A stretch of 64,000 nucleotides of DNA from an uncultured Acidobacteriota bacterium (GTDB taxonomy: Bacteria > Acidobacteriota > UBA6911): NCBI GenBank assembly GCA_963827655.1, contig CAWHCF010000044.1, positions 71,242 through 135,241 of the forward strand, written 5' to 3'. How positions within the stretch are numbered: the stretch's first letter is position 1; each line of letters begins with the position of its first letter. The notes beneath the pieces were generated by a model that was not told the DNA's origin, did no database searches, and saw nothing but the letters and a program-made list of their open reading frames with translations. Shown here piece by piece: positions 49,131 through 58,847 of this stretch. Position numbers and translations under genes: made by a program.

Positions 49131-50034
49131 TGAAAGTCCAGGAAACCGAGCTGAGAGTGCCGGGGCTGGAAGCAGCTGCCGCCCGGCACGCAAGCCGGAC
49201 CCGATATTCCGCCCATCCGCATCGAAGCGCGCCAAGGTTGGGTATCGCTCAAGCTGCGTGAGGTCTGGGAGTATCGCGAGCTGTTGTTTTTCCTCACCTG
49301 GCGAAACATCCAGGTACGATACAAGCAAACGGCGCTGGGCGTGACCTGGGCCATCATCCAGCCTCTCTTCACGATGGCGGTGTTCAGCCTGTTTTTCGGC
49401 CGGCTGGCCAAGGTCCCGTCCGATGGCATTCCTTATCCGATCTTTGCCTTCGCCGCCCTGGTGCCGTGGACGTTCTTTTCCAACGGATTGAGCCAGTCCT
49501 CCAACAGCCTGGTGGGCAACTCCAATCTGATAAAGAAGGTGTACTTTCCTCGCCTCACTATCCCGGTATCCACGGTGCTCTCAGGGGTGGTGGATTTCAT
49601 GCTGGCATTCGTCATGGTGCTGGGGATGATGTTCTACTACCGCATCGTACCCACGGCCAATGTGCTCTGGATTCCACTGTTGCTGCTGCTCGCGCTGGTG
49701 ACCTCCCTCGGTGTCGGGCTATGGCTGTCGGCGCTGAACGTGCAGTACCGCGACGTCCAGCACGCCGTCCCCTTCCTGACCCAGTTCTGGATGTTCAGCA
49801 CGCCTATCGCTTACCCCAGCAGCCTGCTGTCCGAACCCTGGCGCACTATATACGCGACTGAATCCGATGGTCGGCGTGGTGGAAGGCTTCCGGTGGGCGC
49901 TCCTGGGAACCCAACCCGCTCCCGGAGCGATCCTTGTCGCCTCGTCCCTGGTGGCGGTGCTGGTCCTCGTCGGCGGCGCGTTTTATTTCCGCCGCATGGA
50001 AAAGACCTTTGCGGACGTTATTTGAGTCTTCGCG
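49131..50034 (+). pseudogene. wzm: ABC-2 type polysaccharide/O-antigen exporter permease Wzm, with apparent frameshifts at both ends
   Basis: Core ORF 49284..50069 has IRIEARQGWVSLKLREVWEYRELLFFLTWRNIQVRYKQTALGVTW (Wzm signature) and 6 TM. The true C-terminus LNPMVGVVEGFRWALLG...FADVI is in another frame (stop 50032-50034). A candidate ATG at 49131 (MKVQETELRVP) is also out of frame with the core. Confidence 0.65.
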
Positions 50035-50061
50035 CTCAACCATTTCAACGGATCAATAATC

Positions 50062-51333
50062 ATGAGTGATGCTGTTATTCGCATGGAAGGACTGGGAAAG
50101 GTCTTCCGCATCGGCGCCCGGCACGAAGGTTACAAGACGCTGCGCGACACGCTGTCCAATGCCTGCACTGCGCCTTTCCGCCGGATCCGCACGACGCTCC
50201 AGGGTTCGAGAATCAAGCCCTCCAGTGACGAAAACACGATCTGGGCCTTGAAAGACCTCTCGTGCGAGGTGAAGCGCGGGGAGGTGGTAGGAATCATCGG
50301 GCGCAATGGAGCGGGCAAGAGCACGTTGTTGAAAATCCTTTCTCGCATCACGGAGCCGACCGTCGGATTTGCCGAGATTCGCGGCCGAGTGAGGTCGCTG
50401 CTCGAGGTCGGCACCGGCTTTCACCAGGAGCTGACCGGCCGGGAAAACGTCTACCTCAATGGCGCGATCCTGGGCATGAAAAAGTCGGAGACCGACCGAA
50501 AATTCGACGAGATCGTGGCCTTCTCCGAGATAGAAAAGTTCATTGATACGCCCGTGAAGCATTACTCCAGCGGCATGTACCTGCGACTGGCTTTTGCCGT
50601 CGCCGCCCACCTGGAGCCGGAGATTCTGCTGGTGGACGAGGTCCTGGCCGTCGGCGATGCAGCGTTCCGGAACAAGTGCGTGGGGAAAATGGGAGAGGTG
50701 GCGCAGAAAGGGCGAACCGTGATCTTCGTGAGTCACAACATGGGGGTGATTCAGTCTCTTTGCAACACGGGAATCCTCCTGGAAGACGGTAAGATCACTT
50801 TTAAAGGACCGACCCAGCAGGCTGTAACGAAGTATCTCGGATCGGTCGAGCAACTGCGAACCAAGCCGATCGAGACGCGGCAAGATCGCATTGGCGGCAA
50901 TACCTTCAGGTTCAAACGCGTCCAGTTTCTCAATCCTGAAACCATGGCGCCCTGGAGGACCCTGGTCTCGGGTCAACGCGTGATTGTCCGGCTCGAATAT
51001 GAATGCTTATCCAGCCAGACCCTCGAAGATGTTGGGATCGGTATCGCATTTCATACCGCCAACAACATCCACCTCTTTGCCTGCAGGAACCGAGCCGTTG
51101 GAGTAACACTTAAGGTTCACCCGGGAGAGGGTTACACGGATTGCATCATTCCAAAGTGGCCGCTCAAAGCCGGGCGCTACTCCTACCATCTCTATGCCGA
51201 CCGAAGGGATACGCCGCTGGATTACGTCACCGACGCGGGTTCTCTGGATATAGAAGCCAACGACTACTATGGCACGGGGTATCTTCCGGCTCCGGGCCAA
51301 CCCGGAGTTCTGATCGACTATGCCTGGGAATAA
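50062..51333 (+). CDS. wzt: ABC transporter ATP-binding protein Wzt with C-terminal glycan-terminus-binding (Wzt_C) domain
   Basis: Walker A GRNGAGKST, signature YSSGMYLRLAFA, Walker B LLVDEVLAVGD, H-loop VSHNM. A 170-aa C-terminal beta-rich extension is typical of Wzt_C. Intact. Confidence 0.9.
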   Translation: MSDAVIRMEGLGKVFRIGARHEGYKTLRDTLSNACTAPFRRIRTTLQGSRIKPSSDENTIWALKDLSCEVKRGEVVGIIGRNGAGKSTLLKILSRITEPTVGFAEIRGRVRSLLEVGTGFHQELTGRENVYLNGAILGMKKSETDRKFDEIVAFSEIEKFIDTPVKHYSSGMYLRLAFAVAAHLEPEILLVDEVLAVGDAAFRNKCVGKMGEVAQKGRTVIFVSHNMGVIQSLCNTGILLEDGKITFKGPTQQAVTKYLGSVEQLRTKPIETRQDRIGGNTFRFKRVQFLNPETMAPWRTLVSGQRVIVRLEYECLSSQTLEDVGIGIAFHTANNIHLFACRNRAVGVTLKVHPGEGYTDCIIPKWPLKAGRYSYHLYADRRDTPLDYVTDAGSLDIEANDYYGTGYLPAPGQPGVLIDYAWE

Positions 51334-51368
51334 ACACCCCCGGCCCGTTACTCAATGAGGCAATATCG

Positions 51369-52331
51369 ATGCAAGCAGGTTTGAGGAGAGGCGGTCTGAA
51401 AGTAGAAGAGCCGCTTGTCCTCCAAGAAAGAATCCAGGTGCGATCCAGCCAATTCAAGCAGGCGCGAAGCCTGGCGAAAGAGCTGCGGCCCCAGCAATGG
51501 GTCAAGAATCTCTTTGTGCTCGCTCCGCTGCTTTTCTCGCAGAACCTTTTTACGCCAGGCGCCGTCGGACGTGCTCTAACGGCCTTCGTGCTCTTTTGTC
51601 TCGCCAGCAGCTCGGTCTACTTGTTGAACGATATCAGAGACCGCGAACAGGACCGGCTGCACCCGAGAAAGCGACACCGCCCGCTTGCCAGCGGTGAACT
51701 GAGCGTGTCGCTTGCCGCAGGAGTAATGATAGCGCTCTTGCTGTCGGCTCTGGCAGGGGCGTGGATGATTAGCAAGCCGTTGGCTCTCGTGCTTTTGGGC
51801 TACTGGCTGATCAACCTCCTGTACTCCACCTGGCTCAAACACCAGGTTATTCTCGATGTCTTTGCCATTGCCTCCGGTTTCGTTCTCCGCGTGGCTGGTG
51901 GAGGCCTGGCCATTCAGGTGGAAATCAGTCATTGGTTGTTTCTCTGTACCACTCTGCTCGCCCTTTTCCTTGGCTTCAGCAAGCGGCGTCATGAACTCGG
52001 GCTTCTAAAAGCAGGGGCGCAGGCCCATCGAGAGGTGCTGGCGGACTACAATCCTGGCTTTCTCGATATGATGATCGCCATTGTGACCGCGTCCACGGTG
52101 ATGAGCTACGCCCTTTACACGGTCAGCGAGGACACGGTGCGCCGCTTTCACACACACGCGCTCATGCTGACACTGCCCTTCGTGCTCTACGGCATTTTCC
52201 GTTACCTTTATCTGATCCATCATAAAAACGAGGGAGGCGATCCCACGCAAAGCTTGTTGACGGACATCCCGATGCTCGCCAACCTTTGCCTGTGGGCGCT
52301 GACCGCGGGCGTAATTGTATACTGGCGCTGA
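51369..52331 (+). CDS. UbiA-family decaprenyl-phosphate phosphoribosyltransferase-like (DPPR synthase, Rv3806c type)
   Basis: Asp-rich motif NDIRDREQDRLHPRKRHRPLASGE (this NDxxDxxxD plus basic-stretch pattern is the DPPR-synthase subfamily signature), 8-9 TM. Start at 51369; the track ORF begins inside wzt. Confidence 0.75.
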   Translation: MQAGLRRGGLKVEEPLVLQERIQVRSSQFKQARSLAKELRPQQWVKNLFVLAPLLFSQNLFTPGAVGRALTAFVLFCLASSSVYLLNDIRDREQDRLHPRKRHRPLASGELSVSLAAGVMIALLLSALAGAWMISKPLALVLLGYWLINLLYSTWLKHQVILDVFAIASGFVLRVAGGGLAIQVEISHWLFLCTTLLALFLGFSKRRHELGLLKAGAQAHREVLADYNPGFLDMMIAIVTASTVMSYALYTVSEDTVRRFHTHALMLTLPFVLYGIFRYLYLIHHKNEGGDPTQSLLTDIPMLANLCLWALTAGVIVYWR

Positions 52332-52370
52332 GCGTTACTCCCTTTATCGATCGCATTACCAACATCTACT

Positions 52371-54290
52371 ATGAAGCTCGAACAAAAAAGAGTCCTGATT
52401 ACCGCACTCCTGGCGCTCTCCATCGCCATCATTGGATACCTGGCTTACCGGGATATGCTGGGTTATTTCTTCACTGCCCAGGACAGCACCACGTTGATCG
52501 ACACCGGCCGGGTCCGATCCTTTCGAGATGTGCTGCGTATATTCAATGAACCCTTGATGAACGGCACAACTCTCACGAAACTGTCGCTCTTTTATCGCCC
52601 CATCGCGACGCTCTCGTACAGTCTTGACTACTCCATCTGGGGATTAAACCCATTTGGCTATCACTTGACCGATCTGATACTGCACATTCTGGTTTCTCTC
52701 TCTGTTTTCCTGGTCCTGCTCCGCTTGACCGAGGGCAAGCCGGCTGTCGCCTGGCTCGGCGCCGTCATCTTTACCGTTCACCCAATCCTGGTTGAAAGCG
52801 TCCCCGCAATTCCGCGCCGGCACGATACTATTGCAGTGCTATTCCTGCTCGTCTCTCTGTTACTTTTTATCAAGCACCTCTCCGGCCAAAAGCGCCGGCG
52901 AGTTTACCTGTTCGGCTCTCTCGTCTGTTATCTTCTGGCATTGGGCGCCAAGGAGATTGCGGTGATATTTCCCGCGCTGATTCTCGGCTATCTGGTTATC
53001 TTTTCGCCCAACCGAAAGTCAATCTTCGCCCGGATAGGTGGCGCGTTGAAATCGTCACTTCCCTTTCTGGTCGTCACACCGCTATTTCTCGGCTTTAGAG
53101 CTTATATCGTACGCGGAGTTGGAGGATATGATCCCACCCTGGTCCCATCGTCCGACAAGTTAAACTTCTTCACCGGTACGCTCACCGACTATGCGGCGGA
53201 TCTGGTTTATCCGGTATCGTTCGCGGTAACCTTCTTTCAACCCTTTCCGACCTTACTGCAGAGAGTGGGCTCGCAAGTCGCGCTCCTTCTCTTCTTTGTT
53301 CTCCTTTGCCTTTACCGACGGGCGCTTTTCAAAATAATCGGTTACCCCAGACGGCAGGCGCTACGGACGGCAATGATAGGACTGGCAGGCGTTGCGGTTT
53401 TTTGCCTGATCGCAATCCTCGCCTACCCATCCCTCGCCCCTTTTGTCAACGGCGCGATCAAACGAGCTTACCAGGACCAAGGACCTGCCTTTCTGAGCGC
53501 TGCCATGACGAATCGTCATGAGGTTCCGGTCGAAGCTTACTTTTACCGGGCGGGAGAATTACTCAGTTCCGGGTTTTCGAAGTTATTCTTTCTAGCCGCA
53601 ATTTCCTTCGGCATCCTGATTGGCTTTGACAAGCGGGAAAAGATAAAGCGGTTTCTATCCGAATCTCATACCGGGATGACTTTGAGCTTCCTGGTGATCT
53701 GGCTGCTTGTTCCTCTCGGTGTCTACTTGCTAACGTTCACCTTCACTCATCGTTACATGTATCTTTCAGTGATCCCTTTCAGCGGTATTGTGGCAATCCT
53801 GATTTCCCAGTCCGTTGACTCGACCCGATCATTGATCAGAAGGGGCAACTCCAACGGTTTCTCGCTGTCGTTCGCGCTTACGGAGCCCCCCGCCTTCGCT
53901 TTCCTGATGCTCTCGACGGTGACCTTCTCGCTCCTGGCCTATTCGCCTCTGGTACGCACGTACGGCGAGTGGAAGGACAGCGCAGCGATATCATCGACGA
54001 TTCTGCACCGGTTGACTCAGGTTGTGGATGAACTTCCCAATGATGCCGTGGTTGAGGTGTTCAATCTTCCTGAGCGTATTGCTTCGTACGAGACCACGAT
54101 TCCGCACGTCAAGACACCTTCATACCTGGCGGACTACAGCATCAAGTCCTGGTTAGACTTGCATCGTCCGGCTAACAGAATCACCGTTCTGGTCAGCAGT
54201 CGATCGAAGCCCGAGTCCTTTCCCCGGGGGCTAGACCTCGAAGTGAAAAAAGGGGGAAACAAGAAGCGTAGAAGTCACTATCTCATTTGA
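52371..54290 (+). CDS. GT-C fold membrane glycosyltransferase (PMT_2/ArnT-like, polyprenyl-phosphate-sugar dependent)
   Basis: 639 aa, about 12 TM. N-terminal loop motif FYRPIATLSYSLDYSIWGLNPFGYHLTDLILHILVSL matches the GT39/GT83 family signature (D-x-pattern plus NPxxYHL). Large C-terminal periplasmic domain. Confidence 0.7.
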   Translation: MKLEQKRVLITALLALSIAIIGYLAYRDMLGYFFTAQDSTTLIDTGRVRSFRDVLRIFNEPLMNGTTLTKLSLFYRPIATLSYSLDYSIWGLNPFGYHLTDLILHILVSLSVFLVLLRLTEGKPAVAWLGAVIFTVHPILVESVPAIPRRHDTIAVLFLLVSLLLFIKHLSGQKRRRVYLFGSLVCYLLALGAKEIAVIFPALILGYLVIFSPNRKSIFARIGGALKSSLPFLVVTPLFLGFRAYIVRGVGGYDPTLVPSSDKLNFFTGTLTDYAADLVYPVSFAVTFFQPFPTLLQRVGSQVALLLFFVLLCLYRRALFKIIGYPRRQALRTAMIGLAGVAVFCLIAILAYPSLAPFVNGAIKRAYQDQGPAFLSAAMTNRHEVPVEAYFYRAGELLSSGFSKLFFLAAISFGILIGFDKREKIKRFLSESHTGMTLSFLVIWLLVPLGVYLLTFTFTHRYMYLSVIPFSGIVAILISQSVDSTRSLIRRGNSNGFSLSFALTEPPAFAFLMLSTVTFSLLAYSPLVRTYGEWKDSAAISSTILHRLTQVVDELPNDAVVEVFNLPERIASYETTIPHVKTPSYLADYSIKSWLDLHRPANRITVLVSSRSKPESFPRGLDLEVKKGGNKKRRSHYLI

Positions 54291-54497
54291 GGGCAATACC
54301 TCAAAAAACGTCGAAAAGGGCTTCATTTCAAAGAATTAGATGCGATTGCTTAAAAGCTGAGTGGCGGTCACCGATTTTTACTCAGCGTGCCGCAACAAAA
54401 CCGGCCTTTGCGCATCTTCGCAGCAGTTGGAGCGTTAGGACCAAAGACTGCCGCCGAGACTCTAAGCAACACGAAGAAAAAAGGAGAGTTTGAACCG

Positions 54498-55115
54498 ATG
54501 AAGGAAAACGTCGTGTGCGAAGCTAAACAACTTGCGGCTGACTATCTTCAAGCCTTCGAGAAGCTCCTGCATCGAGTGGATCTGGATGCCGTCGAAAGGA
54601 TTGTCGATCTTTTGCGCGCGGCCCGTGACAGAGCGGGAACGATATATGTCGCCGGGAATGGCGGCAGCGCCGCCACCGCTTCTCACTGGGTCAACGATCT
54701 GGGAAAAGCGACCAAATGCGAGGGCCGGAGGCCGATGCGAGTCATGAGCCTCAGCGACAACATCTCATGGTTGACCGCGCTGGCGAACGACGAGGGGTAC
54801 GAACGGGTCTTTTCAGGGCAGATGGAAAACTTTGCTCAACCTGGCGATGTTCTGATTGTGATTTCGGCAAGCGGGAATTCGCCCAATCTGCTCAGGGCCG
54901 TCGAGCTAGCCCGCGCGCGCGGCGTCGTGACCATAGGGATGCTGGGTTTCGATGGCGGTGCGTTAAAGGATCAGGTGGATGACTGCCTGTGGCTGCCGAC
55001 CGAGCGGGGAGCCTATGGCCTGGTGGAGAGCGGTCATTCACTGCTTTGCCACGTCCTGACGACCTGTCTGGTACAAGACCGGACGGAAACGAGCACACTC
55101 GAGCTAACCACGTGA
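54498..55115 (+). CDS. gmhA: Sedoheptulose-7-phosphate isomerase (SIS domain)
   Basis: GTIYVAGNGGSAATASHWVNDL ... VLIVISASGNSPN, the GmhA SIS pattern. AAGGAGAG SD before the ATG at 54498. Confidence 0.85.
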   Translation: MKENVVCEAKQLAADYLQAFEKLLHRVDLDAVERIVDLLRAARDRAGTIYVAGNGGSAATASHWVNDLGKATKCEGRRPMRVMSLSDNISWLTALANDEGYERVFSGQMENFAQPGDVLIVISASGNSPNLLRAVELARARGVVTIGMLGFDGGALKDQVDDCLWLPTERGAYGLVESGHSLLCHVLTTCLVQDRTETSTLELTT

Positions 55116-56314
55116 GATCCGCGTTACAACGTCCCACTCAAGCAGTGATCCTGGCTGGCGGCCGGGGGACGCGTCTGGGCAACCTGACTGCGGCCCGACC
55201 AAAGCCTATGGTGGAAATCCACGGTAAGCCCTTCCTGTCTTACCAGATCGAACAGCTCAGGGATCAAGGCTTCAAACGTATTCTGTTATTGCTGGGGTAT
55301 CTGCCCGAGGTCGTTCAAGACTACTGCGGTGACGGCAGCCGGTGGGGCGTGAAGGTCGAGTATTCTGTTTCTGCTGTCGAGGATGATACCGGACGCCGGC
55401 TCAAGCTGGCCGCACCTCATCTCGACTCACACTTCCTCTTGCTCTATTGCGACAACTATTGGCCGATGCAAATGGAACGCATGTGGCAGAGGTTCACCGC
55501 GGCTGACGTCCCGGCCATGATAACGGTGTACAGCAACAAGGATGGTTACACCCGCAACAGCGTTCGGGTAGATGACGAAGGATATGTGGTTGCATACGAT
55601 AAGACCTGCGCAAGCGCCGGCCTGGCGGGCGTAGAGATCAGCTACGCGATACTCAACCGGTCCGTTGTCGACCTGCTCCCCGAGACGAATGTGTCGCTCG
55701 AGGAGACTTTATATCCCCTGCTGGTCCAGCGCCGCGAGTTACTGGGCTATGTGACCGACCATCGTTACTACAGCATAGGCGCGCAGCACCGGCTGCCGCT
55801 CACCGAGAGCTTCCTGGCGCGGCGGCCCGCCGTGATTCTCGATCGCGACGGCGTCTTGAACAAGCGGCCGCCGAAGGCACAGTATGTCCGGGCATGGGGG
55901 GAATTCGAATGGCTCCCGGGTGCCAGGGAAGCGCTGCGCCTTTTTAACCAGGCTCGATACCAGGTGATCGTGGTTTCCAATCAGGCCGGCGTCGGCCGTG
56001 GAGCCATGACCGAGTCCGACTTGCGGCAGATCCATGAGAGGATGGCGGTTGAGGTAGAGGACGCCGGGGGAAGGATTGATGCCCTCTATTACTGCCCGCA
56101 CGACTGGAATTTCGGTTGTGAGTGCCGCAAGCCAAAACCGGGGCTCCTTTTTCAAGCCCAGCGCGAACTCAGTCTCGATCTGACCCGGACGCTTTTCATC
56201 GGTGACGACGAGCGCGACGCGCAAGCCGCCGCAGCCGCGGGCTGTCCTTCGGCGCTGGTATCACCCGAGGAATCTTTAATCGACATTACACGCAAGGTGA
56301 TAAGCAATGCATGA
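55112..56314 (+). CDS. Bifunctional D-glycero-alpha-D-manno-heptose-1-phosphate guanylyltransferase (HddC-like) / D,D-heptose-1,7-bisphosphate phosphatase (GmhB, HAD)
   Basis: N-terminal nucleotidyltransferase AVILAGGRGTRLGNLTAARPKPMV. C-terminal HAD phosphatase VILDRDGVLN ... CECRKPKPGLL ... FIGDDERD. GTG start overlapping the gmhA stop (GTGA). Confidence 0.8.
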   Translation: MRSALQRPTQAVILAGGRGTRLGNLTAARPKPMVEIHGKPFLSYQIEQLRDQGFKRILLLLGYLPEVVQDYCGDGSRWGVKVEYSVSAVEDDTGRRLKLAAPHLDSHFLLLYCDNYWPMQMERMWQRFTAADVPAMITVYSNKDGYTRNSVRVDDEGYVVAYDKTCASAGLAGVEISYAILNRSVVDLLPETNVSLEETLYPLLVQRRELLGYVTDHRYYSIGAQHRLPLTESFLARRPAVILDRDGVLNKRPPKAQYVRAWGEFEWLPGAREALRLFNQARYQVIVVSNQAGVGRGAMTESDLRQIHERMAVEVEDAGGRIDALYYCPHDWNFGCECRKPKPGLLFQAQRELSLDLTRTLFIGDDERDAQAAAAAGCPSALVSPEESLIDITRKVISNA

Positions 56315-57386
56315 CAACATGAAAACTGAAACTCCGATCAAGCGTCTTCTGGTGACAGGGCACAACGGATACGTCGGCTCAGTCATGGCGCCGCACTTGC
56401 TGCAGTCGGGATACGAGGTAGTCGGCCTGGATACGGGCTATTTCGGGCAGTGCACGTTCGTGCCCGACGTAGCGAACATCCCGGTGGTGCGTAAAGACAT
56501 TCGAGAACTGGAGTCCTCAGACCTGGAAGGATTCGACGCCGTGGTTCATCTGGCGGCTCTGAGCAACGACCCGATCGGCAATCTCGACGCCGGCTGGACG
56601 GATGACATTAATTTTCGAGCTTCCGTGCGCCTGGCTCAACTCGCCAGGGCGGCGGGGGTGCGACGCTTCCTGTTTTCTTCCTCGTGCATCATGTACGGTA
56701 TGGCGGATGCGTCGACCGTGACCGAGGATTCTCCGCTTGCGCCGCAGACCGAGTACGCACGTTCCAAGGTCAAGAGCGAGCGAGCCCTCAGCGAACTGGC
56801 ACAGGAAGGGTTTTCGCCTGTTTTTCTGCGCAACGGCACTATCTATGGCGTATCGCCTCGAATGCGCTTCGACACGGTTTTCAATGACCTCGTGGGATCG
56901 GCGGTGACCACAGGTAAGGTCGTGGTATACAGCGACGGCAAGCCCTGGCGGCCGGTGCTGCACGTCGCGGATGTCGCGCGCGCCTTCGAAGCGGTCCTCA
57001 AAGCGCCCACCGCGGCGGTCCACAACCAGGCATTTAACGTCGGCGCCAATCATCTAAATCATCAGATTATTGAGCTGGCCGAGATTGCCGTCGCGACCGT
57101 GCCCGGCTGCCGGCTGGAGGTATTGGCTCAGCCCGGCGCCGATCAGCGCACCTATAAAACCGACTTCGGCAAGTTTGCCAGGGTGATTCCCGGTTTTGAG
57201 TTCCAATGGACCGCGCGAACCGGGGCTCAACAGCTCTACGACGCATTCAAGACAGCCGGGCTGGTACGCGACACTTTCGTTGACAAGCGGTTCACACGGC
57301 TGAAGTGGTTGCGCCATCTGTTGGACACGGGACAGCTCGACGCCAATCTGCGATGGAAAAACGGCGCACGAGGAGAGCAGCAATGA
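56307..57386 (+). CDS. NAD-dependent epimerase/dehydratase (SDR) acting on the nucleotide-heptose
   Basis: LLVTGHNGYVGSVMAPHL (Rossmann), YARSK catalytic YxxxK. Confidence 0.8.
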   Translation: MHDNMKTETPIKRLLVTGHNGYVGSVMAPHLLQSGYEVVGLDTGYFGQCTFVPDVANIPVVRKDIRELESSDLEGFDAVVHLAALSNDPIGNLDAGWTDDINFRASVRLAQLARAAGVRRFLFSSSCIMYGMADASTVTEDSPLAPQTEYARSKVKSERALSELAQEGFSPVFLRNGTIYGVSPRMRFDTVFNDLVGSAVTTGKVVVYSDGKPWRPVLHVADVARAFEAVLKAPTAAVHNQAFNVGANHLNHQIIELAEIAVATVPGCRLEVLAQPGADQRTYKTDFGKFARVIPGFEFQWTARTGAQQLYDAFKTAGLVRDTFVDKRFTRLKWLRHLLDTGQLDANLRWKNGARGEQQ

Positions 57387-57832
57387 TTGATGGAGTGAAG
57401 ATCGTTCCTTTGCGGCAGATCGTCGACGAACGTGGGAAGATCATGCATATGCTGAAGGCGACCGACCCTCATTTCCTCGGCTTTGGCGAAATCTATTTCT
57501 CGTGCGCGTGGCCGGGTACGATCAAGGCCTGGCATATCCATCAGACGATGACGGTAAATAACGCCGTTCTTTCCGGCCGAGCCAAGCTGGTGATGTATGA
57601 CCTGCGCAAGAATTCGGCTACGCAGGGCAAACTTCAGGAGGTCTTCCTGGGCGAGGATAACTACTGCCTGGTCCAGATTCCCCCGGGTATTGCCAACGGA
57701 TACAAAGCCTATGGAGACAAGATGGTGATCCTGGCCAACTGCGGCACCGAGGCGCACGATCCCAAAGAGATGCTGCGGCTCGATCCCTTTACCCCGGAAA
57801 TACCGTATGATTGGGCGGTCAAACATGGCTAA
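57383..57832 (+). CDS. RmlC-like cupin (dTDP-4-dehydrorhamnose 3,5-epimerase-related, short form) sugar epimerase/isomerase
   Basis: DERGKIMHM ... FGEIYFS ... IKAWHIHQ ... NAVLSGRAKLVMYD ... IPPGIANGY, the RmlC-type pattern. ATGA overlap with the upstream gene; AGGAGAG SD. Confidence 0.65.
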   Translation: MIDGVKIVPLRQIVDERGKIMHMLKATDPHFLGFGEIYFSCAWPGTIKAWHIHQTMTVNNAVLSGRAKLVMYDLRKNSATQGKLQEVFLGEDNYCLVQIPPGIANGYKAYGDKMVILANCGTEAHDPKEMLRLDPFTPEIPYDWAVKHG

Positions 57833-58842
57833 GAGCCCAAGATTCTCGACTCCCAGACTGGTGGTTTCCAGCACACCCTTGCGAGTGAGCTTCGCGGGCG
57901 GCGGAACCGACCTGGCAGCGTTCTACGAACACGAGCGCGGTGCGGTGTTCAGCACTGCCATCAACAAATACATCTACGTGACCGTGAAGCGGCACGGAGA
58001 GGTATTCAACGAGCGCATTCGTCTGAACTACTCCAGGAGCGAGCAGGTTCAGGGTGTCGACGAGATCGAGAACAACATTGCGCGCGAGTGCCTGAGGTTC
58101 CTTCAAGTCGAACCGCCCCTCTACATCAGCACGGTCGGGGATCTGCCGGCCTCGACAGGATTGGGCGGGTCCAGCAGTTTTGCGGTCGGCTTGCTGAACG
58201 CGCTGCATGCCTTTCGCGGCGAACGTGTGTCCGCCGGACAGCTTGCCGAGGAAGCCTCCTACATCGAGATTGACGTACTCAAGGAGCCTATCGGCAAACA
58301 AGATCAGTATGCGGCGGCCTTCGGCGGCTTGAACCTGTTCTGTTTCAAACCCGAACGGCGCCGTGACCGTCGAGCCGCACCGGCTGAACAATGGCGCGCT
58401 GGCCGCCCTGTTTGAGCAGATGATGATGTTCTGGACCGGGCACCAGAGGGATTCGAGCTCGGTCCTGGCGGAACAGAGAGCGAATACCGCTCAAAAGATG
58501 GACTCGCTGAGAATGCTGCGCGATCACGCCTACCACCTGCAGGGAATTCTGAGCAACGGCCATAGCAATTTGCAGGCGCTAGGGCAGATTCTCGACCAGG
58601 GTTGGGAGCTGAAACGCGGTCTGGCAAGTACGATTACAACTAACCAAATTGATAACTGGTACCGTCTGGCGCGTGAGGCGGGCGCCCTCGGAGGAAAGCT
58701 TTGCGGCGCGGGCGGCGGAGGCTTCCTGCTCTTCGTCGTGCCTGAGGAGGCTCAGGACACCGTACGCAAGGCGTTGACTACCCTGAAGGAAGTGCCTGTG
58801 GGTCCTGCGGCGCACGGGTCTCAAATTCTGTTCGTGGAATAA
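57825..58842 (+). CDS. hddA: D-glycero-alpha-D-manno-heptose 7-phosphate kinase (GHMP kinase), with an apparent frameshift near 58340-58360
   Basis: PLRVSFAGGGTDL and PASTGLGGSSSFAVGLLNAL (GHMP motifs) in ORF 57807..58415. Continuation NGAVTVEPHRLNNG ... KLCGAGGGGFLLFVV in ORF 58363..58842. Confidence 0.75.
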
Positions 58843-58847
58843 TACAA

